Source: a virus (taxonomy: Duplodnaviria > Caudoviricetes). From it: a stretch of 64,000 nucleotides of DNA. Location of the stretch: positions 64,001 to 128,000 of IMG/VR virus record IMGVR_UViG_2595698902_000001. One strand, given 5' to 3'. This document shows positions 29,938 through 38,550 of this stretch, in pieces. Every line of letters starts with the position of its first letter. The first letter of the stretch is position 1. Made by a program: the position numbers and the translations under genes. Below the pieces are notes generated by a model that ran no database searches, was not told the DNA's origin, and worked only from the letters and a program-made list of their open reading frames with translations.

Positions 29938-31104
29938 TTATTCGGCTTTGGCCGCTTTGATAGTTTTTTCGAGAAGCTTTGTGCAAGACTTCGGAATTTG
30001 CTTGCCTTTGAGGTGCGCTACAAATACTTCGGCAAACATTTTCTGCACGGAGGTGGCAGCGACTTGGCCCAACACGGCAGTTACCGAACCAGTGTTAGAA
30101 GTTGCTGCCGAGGTCGGCCAGATATCACCGAGAACCTTGCTGTTTTGGTTCAGCAGAATGTTCACGTCTTCTGGCGACATTTTGTGAATTTTCTTGAGGT
30201 AGGCCAGCGCCTCTTTGAACAGCGCGGCTTCGTCTTCTTCAAGATCACGCTGGAATTCGCGCACGCTCATTTGCGAGGAAACCAGCGAAGTGAACAGCGC
30301 TTCCATGTCGGCTTTTTTCGCCTTGGAAACTTTGGTCAGGGAGTTGTAAAGTTCCAGCCATTCCGAACGCACTTTCTCAGGAACGTAACGGAACCAAATG
30401 GCAAGGCCCGTTTCGTGGAGAACGTAGGTTTGGTTTTCGATCTGATCCTCAAGGATGACCGGGTGGAGTTTTACCAAATCAATCGGCGAGCCAGTTTTGA
30501 AACTGACGTTGTAGGTGCCGGTGGCTTTGCCTTTTGGCGAATGCACTTCGACACGCGCAAACGGATAGACTTTACCGAGGCCAATTTCTTCGACTTTCGC
30601 TACGGCTTTCTTGATGCCGATGCGCAGCGCTTTGGCTTCCGCTTCGTTGATCTTGCGGTAGTCGTGAATCTGCCCGATTGGCGAATCGATTTCACCGTGA
30701 CGCGGATTAATGGAAACGCCGAAAGCAGAACCGGGCGACGGCTGCTTACCGAGGTTGGCAACCAGCGAATCCGCGTCATATTCCACGGTTACTGGTTCGT
30801 CCATTTCCATTGTGTCCTCGACGTAAGCGGTATTGCGCTTAGGCGAGTGAGCGAAACAGAGTTTGTTTTTCTTGCCGATGCGGACGATGATGAAATCGTC
30901 TTTTTCGACAGTGATCATTGTCTTGTTGGAGACTTTGACCTTTTTCTTTACTTCGGTCGGTTCAGCACTGCCAGACACGTCGATGCTCTGGTCTTTCATG
31001 CTTTTCTTCGACTTCTTTTCTTTCTTCGGTTGCAGGTCGAGTCCTTTGGACAGGGCTACGTCCTTAGACTTCTTTTTCTTCTTTTTCTTTAGATCATCAC
31101 TCAT
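29938..31104 (-). CDS. hypothetical protein with poly-Lys N-terminus and a degenerate zincin-like HETGL motif
   Basis: 388-aa ORF; YVLHETGLAIW. Confidence 0.75.
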   Translation of the reverse strand: MSDDLKKKKKKKSKDVALSKGLDLQPKKEKKSKKSMKDQSIDVSGSAEPTEVKKKVKVSNKTMITVEKDDFIIVRIGKKNKLCFAHSPKRNTAYVEDTMEMDEPVTVEYDADSLVANLGKQPSPGSAFGVSINPRHGEIDSPIGQIHDYRKINEAEAKALRIGIKKAVAKVEEIGLGKVYPFARVEVHSPKGKATGTYNVSFKTGSPIDLVKLHPVILEDQIENQTYVLHETGLAIWFRYVPEKVRSEWLELYNSLTKVSKAKKADMEALFTSLVSSQMSVREFQRDLEEDEAALFKEALAYLKKIHKMSPEDVNILLNQNSKVLGDIWPTSAATSNTGSVTAVLGQVAATSVQKMFAEVFVAHLKGKQIPKSCTKLLEKTIKAAKAE

Positions 31105-31429
31105 TTTTCAGTACCTCTATGTACGCTACTTCTCCCTCGTAAGGAATGCCTGTAGCGGCGTGAAAGAAACGGGAAAGCTTGCGGGAATTCGCGGTGTGCA
31201 GTTTGTGTGCATCGACATGCACGCGAGAGCCTGCAAGCTTCACATAATGAATTTGCGAGAATGGAATCTCACGCTCTTCGACAATCGTGCGGATACTGGC
31301 GAACTTTTCCTTTTGGAAATCGCCCATGTACCAACCGCCTGTGAACGTTGGCAGGCTGGTCGGTGCGGGCGAACCGAACGTGCAGCGCCACACTTTTACT
31401 TTACGAAAATTTACTCTGCGAGATTTCAT
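31097..31429 (-). CDS. hypothetical protein
   Basis: 110-aa ORF in the operon. Confidence 0.65.
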   Translation of the reverse strand: MKSRRVNFRKVKVWRCTFGSPAPTSLPTFTGGWYMGDFQKEKFASIRTIVEEREIPFSQIHYVKLAGSRVHVDAHKLHTANSRKLSRFFHAATGIPYEGEVAYIEVLKNE

Positions 31430-31453
31430 AGGTTTGCATCTTGCAATAGGGCG

Positions 31454-31711
31454 TCACGACGGACGGCTTAGGCCTGCCAAATAGACAGCTGGGTTAAACG
31501 ATTCGTCGGCTACCACTTTCAGTTCCAATTTCTGGACTTGGTAGTGGCAGTTGCCGTTACGAATTGCACTAAGAATGTCGTTGTACTTTTGCTCACTGAT
31601 GAATTCCCAATCGTCCCAGTCGGCTTCGATTTGTTCATCGGTGTGTGGGCCGCGACCGGCTGTGTCGTAGCGATACCAGCTCCGCTTTCGGTAAACGAAT
31701 TCTGTAGACAT
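31454..31711 (-). CDS. hypothetical protein (paralog of the N-terminus of the 31711-32220 protein)
   Basis: shared EQIEA.W..WE.ISEQKY...HYQ.Q.L...SFNPA.Y. Confidence 0.8.
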   Translation of the reverse strand: MSTEFVYRKRSWYRYDTAGRGPHTDEQIEADWDDWEFISEQKYNDILSAIRNGNCHYQVQKLELKVVADESFNPAVYLAGLSRPS

Positions 31712-32220
31712 TAGCGCGTCCGTTCGTGTTCTGGATTGTGGAACGTAAACGTGGTGTGCAGCACGTTGCCGATTTTCAGCGAACCGTAGGTGCCTTGGAA
31801 TTCCAGTGCAGCCGCGTATTCAATCTGCGCAATTCGTTCGTTTGCATTTGCGGCATACACATGGTTTCGCTCAGCAAGCAACCACGGCGTCCACTCTTTG
31901 CCGTCGAAGCAACGGAACAGCGAAATACGTTTCGTTTTTGCAGGTGTCGGGATGTTCTGCTTTGCCCGTTCGTGCTCGATGTATTTCGCCGGGTTAAACG
32001 ATTTGTCTTCTGCGACCACAACGTCAAGCGCCTGCGCCTGATAATGGCTCGGGCTAGGCCACGCAATGTATTCGCAGATTTCTTTGTACTTCTGCTCGCT
32101 GATGATTTCCCATTCGCCCCAGCCTGCTTCGATCTGCTCAGGCGTGATATCTTTGTGGCGTGAACCGTACCAGACGTTCACGTCCCAAGTGCGATAACGA
32201 TAAATCTTTTCGGTTGTCAT
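31711..32220 (-). CDS. hypothetical protein
   Basis: 169-aa ORF with a paralogous N-domain. Confidence 0.8.
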   Translation of the reverse strand: MTTEKIYRYRTWDVNVWYGSRHKDITPEQIEAGWGEWEIISEQKYKEICEYIAWPSPSHYQAQALDVVVAEDKSFNPAKYIEHERAKQNIPTPAKTKRISLFRCFDGKEWTPWLLAERNHVYAANANERIAQIEYAAALEFQGTYGSLKIGNVLHTTFTFHNPEHERTR

Positions 32221-32222
32221 GA

Positions 32223-32843
32223 TTATTCGCCGACCGTAACGTGACCAGCCAAGGCTGCAATTTGTTTGGTCATGAAACCGTTAACCAAACATTCGTTTTC
32301 AACGAGGCCCATATACTCCAGTTTGATATTTTCTTGGAACTGGAACTCGCCACCGGGCAGCATGGTTTCATTGAAACGTTTGAGGGTTTTTGCCCAAATA
32401 CAACCGTTGCCTCCGACGTAGAGGACCGTTACCGGGTAGTTTTCCCGTGCGTTCGGATTTGCGCGTTCGTTCGCATAACCCAAAACCAGATATCGATTGC
32501 CGTTAGTGTGATGGGTAAACGAAGCGCCGATGCCGGGCAGCATATGACTGGACGGCACGCCTTCAATAGCACGCGGACGGTTTACGATTTCGTATGCGCC
32601 ACCCAACTCAAACGAATGAACAATTTTGGTTTCGCCCGCATCGTTAACACCCACGATAACGGAATCATCGGCGGCGGTGATGTGATACAAACCAGAATCG
32701 CATTTAATGCTGTGCAGTCCGACAACACACGGCATGTATTTCAGCACGCCAGCTTCTACGCGCACATTGTACAGGCGCTGGCTTTGGTTAAGCGTCATTA
32801 CCTGATCAATCAGGTCGTTTACTTGCTCTTCGTTGTATCGCAT
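32223..32843 (-). CDS. hypothetical protein with a DUF1653-like C-terminal domain
   Basis: G..F.H..G..Y.VLG.AN...TVLY......IWAK.L..F. Confidence 0.6.
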   Translation of the reverse strand: MRYNEEQVNDLIDQVMTLNQSQRLYNVRVEAGVLKYMPCVVGLHSIKCDSGLYHITAADDSVIVGVNDAGETKIVHSFELGGAYEIVNRPRAIEGVPSSHMLPGIGASFTHHTNGNRYLVLGYANERANPNARENYPVTVLYVGGNGCIWAKTLKRFNETMLPGGEFQFQENIKLEYMGLVENECLVNGFMTKQIAALAGHVTVGE

Positions 32844-33469
32844 GGCGCACCTTTAATCATTAGTTTGTTTTGCAGTAGGAGGACAACGGCGTACCCGTGC
32901 GCGGCGATGATATGCGCTTTTGTGGATAAACAGGTGCCGTTGTATGCGTTGCTCAAAATGACGTATGGATCGAAATCCAATGGGAGGTCCGCTGCCTCAC
33001 AAATGCCCAGCAATTTTTCTACCAGCTCAGGCATTACCATAATCGGCAAAGGAACCGGGCCATTCTTTGGCGCTGCGTCCCGCATAACGATTCGACCGTG
33101 CGCGTCGGGGAATTGCACAACAATGCGATCCGCCAATACATGCACACGGGCCGTTTGCCACATATCAACCACGGTCGAAGTGTACGAAGCAAACGTTACA
33201 AACGAATCGAATTCGGCGCGGACAAAACTTAACAGCTCATAGCCGAGATTTACGTCGTCTAATTCAAGCTGCAAAGGTTTTGACCGCGTGCCGCTCGGGC
33301 GCCAATAGCCCTGTTTGGTTAGCGCGGTGTACGGGCGTTTCTCCCGAAAACCAACCGCGTATCCGTTGCCCGCGAAGTAATACAGGCTGTTGTCGTAAAG
33401 GCACATATTCGCGCCGAACGAACGGCACTGTTTTACAAAGGCAGAGTCAAGGATGCTAACCTCGATCAT
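32819..33469 (-). CDS. hypothetical protein
   Basis: 216-aa ORF with a promoter motif at 33499. Confidence 0.7.
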   Translation of the reverse strand: MIEVSILDSAFVKQCRSFGANMCLYDNSLYYFAGNGYAVGFREKRPYTALTKQGYWRPSGTRSKPLQLELDDVNLGYELLSFVRAEFDSFVTFASYTSTVVDMWQTARVHVLADRIVVQFPDAHGRIVMRDAAPKNGPVPLPIMVMPELVEKLLGICEAADLPLDFDPYVILSNAYNGTCLSTKAHIIAAHGYAVVLLLQNKLMIKGAPCDTTKSK

Positions 33470-33498
33470 GGTGAGTTTCCTACTACGTTGTTTCCTAA

Positions 33499-33509
33499 TA
33501 TTTACAGTA
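33499..33509 (-). promoter_or_regulatory. TACTGTAAATA promoter motif
   Basis: 30 nt upstream of ATG 33469; overlaps the upstream stop codon. Confidence 0.6.
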
Positions 33510-34890
33510 TTTCGCCCTGCATACGAATGGTTGGAATGCGCTTGAATTCAATTTCGTCGGGCTTTGATTTCTTTTTCTTCGGCGCTACCTTGGCTACCGG
33601 TTTCGCTTTCTGTTTGGCAGCAGCCTTTGCAGCTTCGTCGTCTTTCTTTTTCTGGCGGGCGGCGCGGCGCTCTTCTTTCTGGCGCTCTTCCTCAGCCTTT
33701 TTATTCAGACGTTTTTCCCGGCGTTCGTCACGCGCTTTGTTTTCTGCATCGACCACTTTACGGCGGGCGGCTTGCTCATTCGCTTTACGTTTATCCAGAT
33801 AGGCCTTGGCCTCGCTGGCGTCTTTGTTCCGTTTCTCTTCTTTTTCCATTGTTTTCAGGCGATCAATCGTTTCGTTGCGATAGCGCACGGTAAGTTTTGC
33901 TGCAACGTCCGTAGGTTCAGAATCAGCGGTAACGTTGGTGTGCTCAACCTGCATACGGCAATCGATTGTGAAAAACCGATCTTTTACTCGCGCGTTGCGG
34001 GTCTGTACCTGCGCCATAACCAGCATGTCGTAAAGGTGATCGATGCCGGTCGCCTGCTCGATCATGCCCTCGCGCCGCGTCATGTGTTTTTGCAAAGCAA
34101 TGGTGCGGGTTTTGCTCAGAATGTCGCGAACTGCTTCCACGCGATGGAAAGAGTATTTTTCAAACTGCGCAGCGCGGTCGCCTGCAATCATATTGGAATA
34201 CTGCGCCGGGAAACTGAATACTGCGCTTTCAAAATCTGTTTGGTTGGCGTAGTGCTTTTTACGCTGGATGGGACTCAGGCTCAGGTGGCTTTCGTAAATG
34301 TCGCGCTGGTATTTCCAACGCTTCGCCATGTTCGCATATTCCTTGCGCGCAAGGTTGAGCATGACCGAACCATAATGCAGGTTTTCAAAATGCTTGCCGT
34401 CGGTAGCCAACGTCAAAGCAATCTGGCCTTTGCTGCTGTAGGACGTGAACAGCACAGCAAACGGAACGGTCGGCGCTTTATACGAAATTTCTTGCCACTC
34501 ACGGGTAAAACAAGTGCCGTCAATCAGCACGCTTTCTGTTTTCCCGCTCCAATAGGTATCAGCGTAGATTTTGCGCAGGTACGCTTCCTGCTCGCGGAAA
34601 TCATCCATGCCCTGAATGTCCCACATTTCGATAATGCGCAGCGCAAACGCATTCATGTTGCTAAGCATTTTGCGGATGCTGGATTCTGTGCTGCCCCAGC
34701 TTTTCGGACAGCCTTTCGACAGGCGACGTTTTGCGTTGTATTCGGGATTGAATTCTAAGCCGGTCACGTCACGCGCAAGGCTATTGTGCATGAGGTGCGT
34801 ATAAATCATGGTGAACACGTTGTCGGTGTATGTTTTGCTAATGTGTTTTGCGTTGCCGCCTTGCGTGTAGCTAGGTACGTAAACTTGCAT
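33502..34890 (-). CDS. hypothetical protein with a basic coiled-coil C-terminus
   Basis: 462-aa ORF, GAGG RBS. Confidence 0.8.
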   Translation of the reverse strand: MQVYVPSYTQGGNAKHISKTYTDNVFTMIYTHLMHNSLARDVTGLEFNPEYNAKRRLSKGCPKSWGSTESSIRKMLSNMNAFALRIIEMWDIQGMDDFREQEAYLRKIYADTYWSGKTESVLIDGTCFTREWQEISYKAPTVPFAVLFTSYSSKGQIALTLATDGKHFENLHYGSVMLNLARKEYANMAKRWKYQRDIYESHLSLSPIQRKKHYANQTDFESAVFSFPAQYSNMIAGDRAAQFEKYSFHRVEAVRDILSKTRTIALQKHMTRREGMIEQATGIDHLYDMLVMAQVQTRNARVKDRFFTIDCRMQVEHTNVTADSEPTDVAAKLTVRYRNETIDRLKTMEKEEKRNKDASEAKAYLDKRKANEQAARRKVVDAENKARDERREKRLNKKAEEERQKEERRAARQKKKDDEAAKAAAKQKAKPVAKVAPKKKKSKPDEIEFKRIPTIRMQGEIL

Positions 34891-35638
34891 GGGTGTTTCC
34901 TCTGGTCAGTATTTCATTTATGTAATTCGAGTGGGCAAAGCTGGAGCACCCCGAAACCGAAAAGCGGCGCGGGGGAAAGGGGGCGGCGGAACTGGGGATA
35001 GGGGGCGCCTTTCGGCGCTATTATGCTAAGCCGCTCGGCGTGCATTATACGCCCTGAACCTTGTTATGGTTTGACCGTCCATTTATGGAACGCGCAAACA
35101 GAGCTATCCCTTTAATTCACTCCCCACCGGCCTGCCTCACGCCTTTTCATCCGATGTGGGTTTCGATGCTGAATGTGGGGGACGCTGGGTGGCTGGAATA
35201 GGGGTCGCTTCGCTCCCCTTTTCCGCTTCGCGGAATCCTATTCTTTTTCGCTTCGCTCAGCTCGCTAGCGCTCGCAGCGTCGCTGCGCTCCGCTACGTTG
35301 CTTTTGCAAGCTTCCAGCCGGTTCCTTATTCTGCATTTCTTTTTCAATCAACCTGTGTTCCTTGTGCTCCCTTGTGTGGGGGAATCTCTGCGCTTCCTGT
35401 GGTTCGTTCCTCACCCCGCATTGAACAATCATACCAACCATTGTTCCAATTGCTCCCTCAATACCAACGTCCCTATAGTCAGTATTTACAGATTTTAAAT
35501 CTACCCTAATCCAGCCTTAATCGGGGTCTATTAGGTTGGGTCCATTAGAATGCAACCCTAATGATTAGGCCCATTCATTCAAATGCGTATAATGCGGGCA
35601 ATAAAAAAGGGGACCGATTAAGGCCCCCTTTAGGTGGA
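34891..35638. other. long structured non-coding region; candidate replication origin or ncRNA locus
   Basis: G-run cluster, nested inverted repeats, CGCTTCGCTC repeats, CCTAAT repeats, flanking 11-bp inverted repeat. Confidence 0.5.
35603..35631 (-). terminator. Rho-independent terminator
   Basis: AAAAAAGGGGACC...GGCCCCCTTT just after stop 35639. Confidence 0.7.
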
Positions 35639-36307
35639 TCAATAGCTGGATGCTGATGCTGTTAGCGTGTCGTAAAGCTCAAGGATATTCGCATTAAAGT
35701 CGAATGCCTCGGTGCCTTGCTTGTTATTGCAGACAACGCAATTAGGCCAATCGTGTGTAGCGCAGCAATTGCTGGGTGGTAACGGGCATGGATCGGCGCC
35801 CATTAGCATACGCTCGCAAACCAGTTTAACCAGCTTGCAAATCTGATCAGAAGTAATGCCCGTAGTCTGGCAATCAGAATCTGCTGGGAAATTTTGAACA
35901 GGTACAGGTTCTCCCTGTGCAACCGCCGGTGCAACCTCCGTAACGGGCTGCAATTCGTTAATGGTTTCGCCATTTAAAGAAATGCGGATTTTCCGAGGTC
36001 CATAGGTTTGAATGCTAACGTCGGTCGCGCCGTCCCGCTGGAACGTCGTAACGTCTGCATACGAGCCTTCGCTGCTAGCCGTTGCTGTGTGTTGATGATC
36101 CAGCTTCCCTTTGATTTCGTGTTTAATGTGATCCCAAATCTGCGCGAATTTCTTGCTGCTTTTGTTGGCAATCGCATCAGCGAGTTTTTCGCCGTTGGAT
36201 TGGGAAAGCAGCGGCATAATCATGCGCAGCATTGCGGATCGTTTATTCTTGCCCGAGCGGTTGCGGGCCAGCGCAATCATGTTGGAGGCAATCTGTAATT
36301 CTTTCAT
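35639..36307 (-). CDS. hypothetical protein with a Cys-rich C-terminus
   Basis: 222-aa coupled ORF. Confidence 0.7.
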   Translation of the reverse strand: MKELQIASNMIALARNRSGKNKRSAMLRMIMPLLSQSNGEKLADAIANKSSKKFAQIWDHIKHEIKGKLDHQHTATASSEGSYADVTTFQRDGATDVSIQTYGPRKIRISLNGETINELQPVTEVAPAVAQGEPVPVQNFPADSDCQTTGITSDQICKLVKLVCERMLMGADPCPLPPSNCCATHDWPNCVVCNNKQGTEAFDFNANILELYDTLTASASSY

Positions 36308-36897
36308 TACTTGCCACCTTTGATTTTGTCGGCAATGCGGCGGTAGAACGAACGCTTTGGCCGGTGGATTTCACACGTCACCAATTCCAGATCATCGGTA
36401 CGGCCTACGGTTTTGATTTCAGAATGCACGAAATCTTTGTAGGTGCCGACTACGCTGCCTTCCGGGTCTTTTGCTGCGGCTGCGAACATATCAATAATCG
36501 CAATCAAATCTTCCTGCGTCGGTTGCCAATCATCGCTACCGATTTTCAGGTGCAGCATACGCTTGAGCGGACCGGGCAGATAACCGTTTTCAAATTCCGT
36601 CTGCGGGCTAAACGATTCGTAGCCGTTTTCGTAGCGAACGAAATAGCCGCCAGTGTGGACGAAATGATCCATGACGAATTCGTCTGAAACCACGACTTCC
36701 AGCAGGCCGGATACGTCGCGCAGTACGTATTCAGTTTTCTGTGCCGATGGGAACACGCTACCGAAACCGTCGCCGTGTGGAACCTGTACCATTTGCGGTG
36801 GCACAACTTCGCCATTTTTCATCTTGGGGCGAGCGGTAATGCTGAAAATCTGAAACGCTTCTACCTGCTTGTGGCACCGCCAGATAGGAAGTTGCAT
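36307..36897 (-). CDS. two-domain protein: GGY.V.Y..GY.S.SP..FE.GY domain plus a portal-like segment
   Basis: WRCHKQVEAFQI...GGYFVRYENGYESFSPQTEFENGY, then MLHLKIGSDDWQPTQEDL...DPEGSVVGT. Confidence 0.7.
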   Translation of the reverse strand: MQLPIWRCHKQVEAFQIFSITARPKMKNGEVVPPQMVQVPHGDGFGSVFPSAQKTEYVLRDVSGLLEVVVSDEFVMDHFVHTGGYFVRYENGYESFSPQTEFENGYLPGPLKRMLHLKIGSDDWQPTQEDLIAIIDMFAAAAKDPEGSVVGTYKDFVHSEIKTVGRTDDLELVTCEIHRPKRSFYRRIADKIKGGK

Positions 36898-37382
36898 TAT
36901 TTGTTTTCCTTTTTCAGTCTGTAGGAGAATTGAATCGAGCCGCCTTCTGGCGAACCGTGGGAAACGTGGCCTTCGCCGATTTCAAATAGCGATTGGGCAG
37001 CGTTAATCGTCTCAGGCCATTCCTGCAAAACCTGCCGACCGGTGAACGGGATTTTCGCTACCGATTCCGGGCGAGTAAACGTCAAGTAAATGCAATCGGA
37101 TGCCATAGTGATTTTCACGCGGTCCAGATGCGCACGCCACGGCTTCCAGCTGTCGAGCTTCAAAAACTCTTCTTTGATTTTGCTACACATGGTTGCCGAT
37201 GCAGTAACCAGCGCTTCTGCCAGTTCGCCGTCCAGCCAGCCATTGGATTTATTGGTGATTTGTCCAATGCTGCAACCGCGCACAAAGCTGATCGATTCTT
37301 GGCTATTGCGAATGGAAACCGTGGTGTCAGTCTTAATGTTTTCTGCGTTGTCGTCGTGCAGGTAAACGTGTTGGAATTTCAT
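36897..37382 (-). CDS. hypothetical protein
   Basis: ATGA-coupled start (MKFQHV). Confidence 0.7.
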   Translation of the reverse strand: MKFQHVYLHDDNAENIKTDTTVSIRNSQESISFVRGCSIGQITNKSNGWLDGELAEALVTASATMCSKIKEEFLKLDSWKPWRAHLDRVKITMASDCIYLTFTRPESVAKIPFTGRQVLQEWPETINAAQSLFEIGEGHVSHGSPEGGSIQFSYRLKKENK

Positions 37383-38464
37383 CGCAGTTTGTATCCTTTC
37401 GAGATAGCGCGCAGTGGTTCGGTTGGCTGTAGAACGCGAGCAGTACACACCCATTCCAATCGGGCCTGATCCTGCATGATTTTGCGTTCTTTGTCGCGGA
37501 CTTTCAAAAACAGATTCCGCTCAGGAATGCAGACGATATCGCCCTCGTTAACGTCGGATACTTCCGGGCCGAAAACGATTGGAATATCACTCATGGTTTG
37601 CAGACGGTCGTAGTCGAGCGTGGTGGTTTCGCCGCCGATGTTGGCATTCAACCGAGGCACACCCAAATCGAATTCAAAAACAATGTGGGTAAAGCGTTCG
37701 GTTTTCACGTAAACGTCAATTGCCGAACCGGCGTGACGGCGCAGGTCTTCGATGGTAAGAATCTTGCCGTTTGCTAGCGTAGGTTTTTCGCGCAGAATGT
37801 AGGTGTCTTCGCGAATGCTGTAGATCGCCGAAACGAAATACTTCGGCACCGTCACTTTGAATGAAACAAAACCGTCCGGGCTTTCCTGCACAAAGGCGTG
37901 CGGCATACTGGTATGATCCATATGTACGCCTTCGATGCGTTCGATATCGTAGTGCGTATAAACCTTGCGGTGCATACCATACGCTTTGTAACCGGGCTGC
38001 TTCAATGCGCGATAACAAATGCCACAATTGACAGAGCCTTGACCAACGGAATCCATGAAATCTTCTGCGGTTGTAACCGCTACAACGCCTTCGTCTCTGG
38101 TGCCGGAAACGTCGATTGGTTTCACGTCGTTAAAGATCATGTCATCCAGATCGGAACCGAAAATATCGTCGTCCTGAAACTGGATTTCCATATCCTCGTT
38201 TGTGCGGTCGCGTTGTGGAATGGTGGGCGTTACGCCTGCCGACATTCCTTGCACCGGCCTTACGTCCGTTTTGCAACAGGAACAAGGCCGACCAATCATA
38301 CGTTCAACCTGATACAACACCACCTGCACGGCGTTTACCGCCAATGAGTTTTGAACCTGATTGTTATACGCCGCTACCGTTTCATCCATGCGGGCTTGCG
38401 CCTGTTTCTGAATGAAGTTTCTTGCATGGTTTCGCTTTACGTTTGCTGGGCCTCGTTTGATCAT
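37379..38464 (-). CDS. putative virion neck/head-closure protein with a Zn-binding motif
   Basis: RPCSCC and NCGICY..PGY; GGAGG RBS before ATG 38464; upstream GTAATTTA. Confidence 0.55.
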   Translation of the reverse strand: MIKRGPANVKRNHARNFIQKQAQARMDETVAAYNNQVQNSLAVNAVQVVLYQVERMIGRPCSCCKTDVRPVQGMSAGVTPTIPQRDRTNEDMEIQFQDDDIFGSDLDDMIFNDVKPIDVSGTRDEGVVAVTTAEDFMDSVGQGSVNCGICYRALKQPGYKAYGMHRKVYTHYDIERIEGVHMDHTSMPHAFVQESPDGFVSFKVTVPKYFVSAIYSIREDTYILREKPTLANGKILTIEDLRRHAGSAIDVYVKTERFTHIVFEFDLGVPRLNANIGGETTTLDYDRLQTMSDIPIVFGPEVSDVNEGDIVCIPERNLFLKVRDKERKIMQDQARLEWVCTARVLQPTEPLRAISKGYKLR

Positions 38465-38550
38465 GTCGGGCACCTCCTAACCTTTAAATTACAGGCGCGA
38501 AAACCGAGAGTGCGAATAGTAATTCAAAGGTATGTGTTAGGAGAACATCA

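Noticed and set aside
35147-35509. Small ORFs (66-117 aa) in the structured intergenic region
   Set aside because: They have atypical composition dictated by palindromes and no RBS; the region is better explained as non-coding.
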